From Octopus sinensis (lineage: Eukaryota): DNA of 13,316 nt. The translations under genes and the position numbers were made by a program. The notes beneath the pieces were generated by a model, which made no database searches, was not told the DNA's origin, and worked only from the letters and a program-made list of their open reading frames with translations. The stretch spans positions 1 to 13,316 of the forward strand of contig NW_021826292.1 in assembly GCF_006345805.1 (NCBI RefSeq), read 5' to 3'. This document shows, piece by piece, positions 7,017 to 13,316 of this stretch (positions within the stretch are counted from its first letter, which is position 1; each line of letters starts with the position of its first letter).

Positions 7017-7590
7017 CTATTTCTTTACTACCCACAAGGGGCTAAACACAGAGGGGACGGACAAAGGGATTAAGTCGATTACATCGACCCCAGTGCGTAA
7101 CTGGTACTTATTTAATCGACCCCGAAAGGATGAAAGGCAAAGTCGACCTCGGCGGAATTTGAACTCAGAACGTAACGACAGACGAAATACCTATTTCTTT
7201 ACTACCCACAAGGGTCTAAACACAGAGGGGACAAACAAAGGGATTAAGTCGATTACATCGACCCCAGTGCGTAACTGGTACTTATTTAATCGACCCCGAA
7301 AGGATGAAAGGCAAAGTCGACCTCGGCGGAATTTGAACTCAGAACGTAGCAGCAGACGAAATACCTATTTCTTTACTACCCAGAAGGGGCTAAACACAGA
7401 GTGGACAAACAAGGACAAACAAAGGGATTAAGTCGATTACATCGACCCCAGTGCATAATTGGTACTTATTTAATCGACCCCGAAAGGATGAAAGGCAAAG
7501 TCGACCTCGGCGGAATTTGAACTCAGAACGTAGCGGCAGACGAAATACGGCTACGCATTTCACCCAGCGTGCTAACGTTTCTGCCAGCTC
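7017..7590 (-). mobile_element. tRNA-derived SINE (third family): one A-box head plus three tandem body units of 174, 174 and 184 bp
   Basis: Units at 7017-7190, 7191-7364 and 7365-7548, head at 7549-7590. Each unit carries a B box (minus-strand gttcaaattcc). A monomeric relative lies at 9902-10117. Confidence 0.88.
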
Positions 7591-7868
7591 ATCGTCATCA
7601 TCATCATTTTATGTCTGTTTGCCATGCTAGCATGGATTGGATGGTTTGATAAGAAGCTGACAAGGCCAGAAGCTGCACTGGGTTCCCCTGTCTGCTTTGG
7701 CATGGTTTCTATGGCTGGATGCCCTTCTTAATGCCAACCACTTCACAGGGTATACTGAGTGCCTTTTATGCAGCACCAGCCCCAGTGTTTTTAACATGGA
7801 ACCAGTATTAATGTTTTTTATGTGGCACCATCATTGACAGGGTCACCAAGTATTTTGCAAGATAAAAA
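7590..7868 (-). mobile_element. RTE-type LINE 3' tail, with (GAT)n end at 7590-7608
   Basis: catcatcattttatgtc..ccatgctagcatgg..ggctggatgcccttcttaatgccaaccac is the reverse-strand homologue of 4459-4635. Confidence 0.65.
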
Positions 7869-8144
7869 GCGACAATAATAAGCAACGTTTAGATCAATTC
7901 AAATATGTTCGAGACATATTTGGCCTGTAAAAAGGTCATGTTCGCTGTGGTTTGCTGTAGAGAAAGTTCTTGCTTTAAGCAGCAGATGTTAAAACACCAC
8001 CAGTCATACCAGAGTAGCCCTTGTCAACTCATGAATGCATTTCAGGCTCCTTTTTTCCTCATCAGTACCAGATACCGAGCAGGACAACCTTGGAATGACT
8101 TTGGAAGTTGTGGTTTCTATACAAAAACTAAAACAAAAATTAAG

Positions 8145-8520
8145 GGTTCTGGGTTCAGTCCCACTGCGTGGCATCTTGGGCAAGTGTTTTCTGCAATAGC
8201 CCTGGGCCGACCAATGCCTTGAGTGGATTTGGTAGACGGAAACGAAAGAAGCCTGTCGTTATAATATGTTATATATAGTGTGTGGTATGAGTTTGTGTGT
8301 CTGTGTTTGTCCGCCTAGCATTGCTTGACAACCAATGCTGGTGTGTTTACGTCCCCGTCACTTAGCGGTTTGGCAAAAGAGACCGATAGAATAAGTACTG
8401 GGCTTACAAAGAATAAGTCCCAGGGTTGATTTGCTCGACTAAAAGGCGGTGCTCCAGCATGGCCGCACTCAAATGACTGAAACGAGTAAAAGAGTAAAGA
8501 GAGTAAAAGAGTAAAGAGTA
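8145..8520 (+). mobile_element. CORE-type tRNA SINE lacking the A-box head
   Basis: Collinear with 3664-4002 and the reverse complement of 8731-9095. Ends in an (AAGAGTA)-type tail. Confidence 0.88.
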
Positions 8521-8709
8521 ATGGTAGACAGTGAGGGTGGAGTAGGATGGGGGTAGATGAGAGTACTGAGAACGAGGATGGGGGAATCACAAAGGGTGGT
8601 GGTGGTGGTGGTGGTGGAAGGGGATGATTCTACTCGTCAGTGCTGATGCAGTAGTTTTCCAGCAGTGGTCAAGCATGTTACATCTAATGTTACTCCTTCC
8701 AATATATCT

Positions 8710-9333
8710 TTAGTCCTTCAGCATTCGGATTACTCTTTTTACTCTTTTACTTGTTTCAGTCATTTGACTGCGGCCATGCTGGAGCACCGCCTTTAGTCGA
8801 GCAACTCGACCCCGGGACTTATTCTTTTGTAAGCCCAGTACTTATTCTATCGGTCTCTTTTGCTGAATTGCTAGGTGACAGGGACATAAACACACCAGCA
8901 TCGGTTGTCAAGCAATGCTAGGGGACAAACACAGACACACAAACACACACACGCATATATATATATACATATATACAACGGGCTTCTTTCAGTTTCCGTC
9001 TACCAAATCCACTCACAAGGCATTGGTCGGCCCGAGGCTATAGTAGAAGACACTTGCCCAAGGTGCCACGCAGTGGAACTGAACCCGGAACCATGTGGTT
9101 GGTAAACAAGCTACTTACCACACAGCCACTCCTGTCATTACTCTGTCAAATGTAATGCTTATTTTTCTCAAATTGTTTTGAATAAATCAAGCATTATCTC
9201 ACAGCTACCAATGATGAAATAGTTTTATTTTTAGAACGACATTGCAGGATAGGTGTGAGAAGGTTGATCTGGTCATTTTGAACATCAAACAGGTAGAAAA
9301 TTTGGCCTGGATATTGCTAGCTTAAATACTAAA
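8710..9333 (+). mobile_element. Degenerate TTAA-type MITE split by the SINE (8710-8736 plus 9137-9333)
   Basis: The joined halves read ccttcagcattcggattactctgtcaaatgtaatgcttatt..., collinear with 9339-9500 and the reverse complement of 11913-12143. Confidence 0.75.
8731..9134 (-). mobile_element. Full-length CORE-type tRNA SINE with probable TSD attactct
   Basis: Minus-strand head caggagtggctgtgtggtaag (A box), gggttcagttcc (B-box-like), ccttgggcaagtg (CORE-like), internal microsatellite and aagagta tail. attactct occurs at 8729-8736 and 9137-9144. Confidence 0.9.
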
Positions 9334-9338
9334 CAACC

Positions 9339-9692
9339 AACCTTTTAGCATTCAGATCACACTGTCAAAAGTAATCCTTATTTATCCACATTGTTTTCAA
9401 TTAATCATGCATTATCTTAAAGCTTTGAAATTTCAATGATGTGAATGTTGATTTTTAGAATGACATTGTAGGGTAGGTGTGAGAGGCTGGATCTGGTCTT
9501 GTTTTGAATTAATCATGCATTATCTCACAGCTTTGAGATTTCAATGATGTGATTGTTTATTTTTAGAATGACATTGTAGGGTAGGTGTGAGAGGCTGGAT
9601 CTGGTCTTGTTTTGAATTAATCATGCATTATCTCACAGCTTTGAGATTTCAATGATGTGATTGTTTATTTTTGGAATGACATTGTACGGTAG
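9339..9692 (+). mobile_element. Second copy of the MITE, 3'-truncated, with an internal 108-bp tandem triplication
   Basis: Unit starts (ttgtttt) at 9391, 9499 and 9607. Units 2 and 3 are nearly identical. Confidence 0.85.
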
Positions 9693-9697
9693 AAAGA

Positions 9698-9778
<81 letters not shown>

Positions 9779-9796
9779 TGTTATTATTATTATTAT
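9698..9796. repeat. (ATT)n microsatellite
   Basis: Directly visible. Confidence 0.97.
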
Positions 9797-9901
9797 TGAA
9801 GATGTCGCACTGTATCCAACATTGTGATATTGTTCATTAAAGATGTAATGTCTACTGGCGAAGGGGTTTGAAGTGCCTGTCAAGTCATAACAAGGACTTT
9901 T

Positions 9902-10117
9902 GAGCAGGCAGAATTGCTAGCACGCCAAGTCAAATGCTTAGCAGCATTTCGTCAGTCTCCATGTTCTGAGTTCAAATTCCGCCAAGGTCGACTTTGCCTT
10001 TCATCCTTTTTTTTGTGAGGTGGGGGGTCGATTAAATAAGTACCAGTTACACACTGGTGTCAATGCAGTCGACTTAATAGCCTACCCCAAGCTGCTCTTG
10101 TGCCAAAAATTTGAAAT
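9902..10117 (+). mobile_element. Diverged monomeric copy of the third SINE family, with a different 3' tail
   Basis: gttctgagttcaaattccgccaaggtcgactttgcctttcatcc...ggggtcgattaaataagtaccagttac matches the reverse complement of the 7017-7590 units. The tail is cttgtgccaaaaatttgaaa followed by (ATT/GTT)n. Confidence 0.85.
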
Positions 10118-10119
10118 CA

Positions 10120-10216
10120 TTATTATTGTTGTTGTTGTTGGTGGTGGTGTTGTTGTTGTTGCGGTTGTTGTTGTTGTTGGTGGTGGTGTTGTTGTTGTTG
10201 CGGTTGTTGTTGTTGT
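10120..10216. repeat. (GTT)n/(GGT)n compound repeat with a duplicated module
   Basis: Directly visible. Confidence 0.9.
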
Positions 10217-10345
10217 TACTGATAAGGCTAAACTGTCCTCTGTTGTTTAAACAAAACAAAACAAGAGACTGTCAAGTGCTTTAGCTGAAGTATTATACAA
10301 TGTCAGAGATCATATGATAGCGGGCCTTCTGTACTGTTGTATAGG

Positions 10346-11395
10346 AATGGTGGTGGGTGGCAGTCGTGGTGGTGGTGGTGGTCGTCGTCGTTGTCGTCGT
10401 CGTCATCATTGTAGTGGTGGTGGGTGGTGGCGGTGGTGTTGTTGTTATTGTTGGTGGTGGTGGTTTTGGTTGTAGTGGTGGTGGGGGGGTGATAGTGGTG
10501 GTGATGGTGGTGGTTGTAGTGGTGGGTGGCAGTCATGGTGGTGGTGGTGGTGGTGGTTGTAGTGGTGGTGGTGGTGGTTTTGGTTGTAGTGGTGGTGGTG
10601 GTGGTTTTGGTTGTAGTGGTGGTGGTGGTGGGTGGCAGTGGTGGTGGTGGGTGGCAGTGGTGGTGGTTGTAGTGGTGGGTGGCAGTCGTGGTGGTGGTGG
10701 TGGTGGTGGTGGTCTTGATATTGCTGTGTAATAATGGTGGCAGTATGTTGAATGATTGTGAGATATTTTGAATCTGTGTCTAAGCACCTGTGTGTGTGTG
10801 GTAATGGTGGAGTGTGTGAATATGTGTGTATGAAGGTGTGTGTGTGTGTGTGTGTGTGTGGTTTGGGATGGTGTAGGGTGGTGTCCTGAATACCATAAGT
10901 ATTGTAGTAATGGTAGTAGCTGTGAAGAGCTTTGGTGGTGCTTGAATATCTTGTACAGGTGGCTAGTGGAGGTGGTGGTGGTGGAGGGGGTGGTGATGGT
11001 GGTGGTTGCAGTGGTGGTAGTGATGATGGTGGTTGTAGTGGTGGTTGTAGTGGTGGTAGTGATGATGGTGGTGGTAGTGGTGCTGGTGGTAATGGTGATG
11101 ATGGTGGTGACAGTAGTAGTAGTGGTGGTAGTGGCCATCGTTGTGGTGGTGATGGTAGTATTGGTGGTGGTTTTGTGGTGATTGTCGTAGTGATGGTGGT
11201 GGTGGTGGTGGTGGTGGTGGTTGTAGTGGTGGGTGGCAGTCGTGGTGGTGGTGGTGGTGGTATTTGTGATGATGGTGATGACGGTGGTAGTAGTGGTGGG
11301 GGTGGCCGTCGTTGTGGTGGTGATGGTAGTGGTGGTGGTGGTGGTGGTGATTATGGTGGTGATTGCAGTGGTGATGGTACTGGTGCTGGTGGTGT
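10346..11395. repeat. About 1 kb of (GGT)-based low-complexity sequence, interrupted by a (GT)n and near-unique segment (about 10713-10960)
   Basis: Directly visible. The module ggttgtagtggtgggtggcagtc recurs near 10512, 10664 and 11219. Confidence 0.9.
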
Positions 11396-11453
11396 TAGGT
11401 ATGGAGGTATGAGGGCATATACACACATGATTTGATACTGTATGAATAATAAT

Positions 11454-11522
11454 AGGCACAGGCATGGCTATGCGGTAATGAGTTTGCTTTCCAACCACAT
11501 GGTTCCAGGTTCAATCCCACTT
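11454..11522 (+). mobile_element. Solo tRNA-derived head of the CORE-type SINE
   Basis: ggcatggctatgcggtaatgagtttgctttccaaccacatggttccaggttcaatcccact matches the reverse complement of 9073-9134. Confidence 0.75.
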
Positions 11523-11724
11523 CTAATATAAGGATAAAATTTTTTTTGTGTAGTTATAGTGAAAAATATTTATGTGGTTAGATGATATAAAATCTATTTT
11601 TTCAGCATATTGGCATAGAAATTTTTTTCGTTTGCCCTTATTTATAATTGTTTATATATATACATACACACATGCACACACACATTCACACACACTCACA
11701 TATATATATATATATATACATACA

Positions 11725-12169
11725 CGAGGGGTGCTGAAAATTTCCTGGCTTTGGGTAAAAGAAAATACAGGAGAATCAATTAATTATGATTACGTTCACC
11801 ATATTCTCCTCTCAGATTCACACACTAATTAATTGCAGCGGTCCTTCAGTTTTTCTAAGCCCTGTAAAAGAACTTGCAAGGTTGGACCTCCAACTAGGCC
11901 TTTTTAAGACCCTTAAACCATTAGTGTTTAAACCGGCCATATCTGGCACAAAATATTCTACATATTTTACATTTTGAACAAGCCATATCTAGCCTCTCAC
12001 ACCTAACCTACATTGACATTCTAAAAATAAACACTCACATCATTGAAACCTCAAAGCTATAAGATAATGTATGATTAATTAAAAACAATTTGAGTGAATA
12101 AGTATAACATTTAACAGAGTAATCTGAACACTAAAGGGTTTAAGACGGGAACTTTTCAGTAGCCCCTCA
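11725..12169. mobile_element. Tc1/mariner-type MITE with about 24-bp TIRs, interrupted by a TTAA MITE
   Basis: Left end cgaggggtgctgaaaatttcc and right end ggaacttttcagtagcccctca|TA are reverse complements of one another, with a few mismatches. TA flank at 12170-12171. The mariner-like call is from recalled TIR style. Confidence 0.75.
11913..12143 (-). mobile_element. piggyBac-like MITE with TTAA target-site duplication
   Basis: TTAA at 11913-11916 and 12140-12143. Terminal inverted repeats are acc(a)ttagtgtt and aacactaaagggt. The body is the reverse-strand homologue of 9137-9500. Confidence 0.78.
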
Positions 12170-12202
12170 TAGGTTCTATAGACAAAGACAAGTTGTACTT
12201 AC

Positions 12203-12300
12203 AGTGATTCCAACGCATAATTTGTGCCGTAAGGTTACTGCCGAAAACAGGGGATAAGGTGTATAACCAGAAATCCAAATAATGGACCTTGTGAAGAAAC
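12203..12300 (-). CDS. GPR143: GPR143/OA1 orthologue, exon equivalent to human exon 2 (98 nt, phase 1 to 0)
   Basis: Acceptor cttttctactttctattcttgcag| and donor |gtaagt. Encodes (G)FFTRSIIWISGYTPYPLFSAVTLRHKLCVGIT, compared with recalled human GMVIRSTVWLG...FCVGSA (RS..W and CVG conserved, same phases). Confidence 0.9.
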
Positions 12301-12333
12301 CTGCAAGAATAGAAAGTAGAAAAGGGCTTTTAA

Positions 12334-12768
12334 AGGGGACACACAGGGCTACCGGATAGCAATGATACAGATGAACAAGGATGTGAGGAAAAAATTGGGG
12401 AGTGAGAGCTAGGCATAGTGTGTGAAGGAGGAAATGTGGGAAAGAGAAGTGATGTAGACTGGTTTGTTGGGGTAGGGTGAGGGAAAAGTTTTCTTGTTAT
12501 GTGTGGGTGGAACACCCAGGTTGGGGGCTAGCAGATAGCAATGATACAGTGAGACAGGGCATGTGGGTAGAACTCACAGGTTGGGGGCAGGTGGAGAGCA
12601 GGGATACAGTGGCACATGGCCAAGAGGACAAGGTTGGGGAGTAGGGGTAATGGAAGGTAATCATAGTACATGAAGCAGAAATGTTGTGAAGATGTAGAGA
12701 CGTAGTTTTGTTTGTTGTGGTAGAGTGTGTGAGAAATTTTCTTGTTAAGTGTGGGTGGGACGCACAGC
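12334..12768. repeat. Old degenerate G-rich tandem duplication (units of about 180-250 bp)
   Basis: gatagcaatgatacag at 12355 and 12534. ttttcttgtta..gtgtgggtgg at 12489 and 12737. Confidence 0.65.
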
Positions 12769-12779
12769 GCTTCTAGAAC

Positions 12780-12965
12780 TCAGTTTCGCTGATGTGGGTG
12801 GGTCTTCTCAAGAACTTCATATCACCAGACATCTCAGTCCATTGTCACTTCCCCTGCGAGGCTCAGCTTCCTGAGATTGGTCCTTACCACTTCATCCCAT
12901 ATTTTCCTAGGTCTCCCTCTTCCACAGGTATCATCCACTTTCAGTGATTGGCACTTCTTTATCTC
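12780..12965 (-). mobile_element. RTE-clade LINE ORF C-terminal remnant (pseudogenised)
   Basis: Translates to IKKCQSLKVDDTCGRGRPRKIWDEVVRTNLRKLSLAGEVTMD*DVW*YEVLEKTHPHQRN*. The GRGRPRK.W...V..DL...L.....DR..WR pattern is typical of RTE C-termini. Confidence 0.8.
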
Positions 12966-13023
12966 CAGAGCGTCGGTTGCGGGGTCACTCCGAAAAGCTC
13001 TATCTGCAACAATTTCATCTCAA

Positions 13024-13127
13024 TTGTGTGTGTGTGTGTGAATGTGTGTGCATGTGTGTGTGCATCTGTGTGTATGTGTGTGCATCTGTGTGTATGTGTG
13101 TGCATCTATGTATATGTGTGTGTGTGC

Positions 13128-13167
<40 letters not shown>

Positions 13168-13208
13168 ATGTGTATGTGCGTGCATGCATGCATGTATGTG
13201 TGTGTGTG
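13024..13208. repeat. (TG)n compound microsatellite
   Basis: Directly visible. Confidence 0.95.
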
Positions 13209-13316
13209 AGTACATCCTCTTCAGAGAGAATATTGCAATTTTGGTCCCTTATATGCTATGGAAAGCAGGTAAGCCCAACCTGAGGGGCCCTAGATCTCAA
13301 GAGAAAAAAAAAAGAA

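Noticed and set aside
7017-7548. Regular repeats suggesting a CRISPR array or a repeated peptide gene (ORF 7093-7431)
   Set aside because: The units are 174-184 bp with no unique spacers and contain Pol III B boxes. They are SINE bodies in eukaryotic DNA.
7905-8222. Plus-strand 105-aa ORF
   Set aside because: It runs into a SINE, has no recognisable similarity and lacks supporting gene signals.
10303-10340. Candidate minus-strand acceptor near 10331 as an extra GPR143 exon
   Set aside because: All frames hit stops quickly, there is no good donor, and exons 2 and 3 already join in phase.
10020-11498. Poly-Thr, Val, Gly or Pro ORFs up to 321 aa resembling mucins or glycine-rich proteins
   Set aside because: They arise from stop-free GGT repeats open in several frames on both strands, inside intron 2.

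Overview
Eukaryotic, AT-rich and repeat-saturated genomic DNA. The repeat families resemble ones I recall from octopus genomes, so the source is probably an octopod cephalopod (inference, no search run). The window holds six consecutive minus-strand coding exons of a GPR143/OA1 (ocular albinism 1) orthologue at 12300-12203, 6952-6864, 4843-4751, 2919-2810, 1834-1726 and 222-132. All have canonical AG/GT sites and join into one open frame: (G)FFTRSIIWISGYTPYPLFSAVTLRHKLCVGIT|VWIEFHCISSYMWNFTYALDILLATHSKPR|LKSLWPFFNLVIPAVLTASGSFSIYYPSLST|CGGPNVNEVANYLAYFLPMLLVIVCNPFFFYYTAKKV|KSLVTQQHGRYSVREQVIVQSAKVKFTMIIFVFIAC|WFPNVVNAILDAVRINESVQNAMWAMWVLK|. Intron positions and phases match human exons 2-7 as I recall them. 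Exon 1 and the final exons lie outside the window. The introns are filled with tRNA-derived SINEs, RTE-type LINE remnants, nested MITEs, a Helitron-like element and long microsatellites. Almost all ORFs in the supplied track are simple-repeat artefacts. The most notable non-coding signal is a Penelope-type minimal hammerhead ribozyme motif in intron 3, sense to the gene. Its predicted cleavage site coincides with the boundary of a 56-bp inverted duplication, and a second, degenerate hammerhead-like motif lies about 300 bp away. Other signals are a 211-bp near-perfect palindrome, a hairpin that masks the exon 4 donor with a U1-like sequence, and a trimeric SINE with palindromic junctions.
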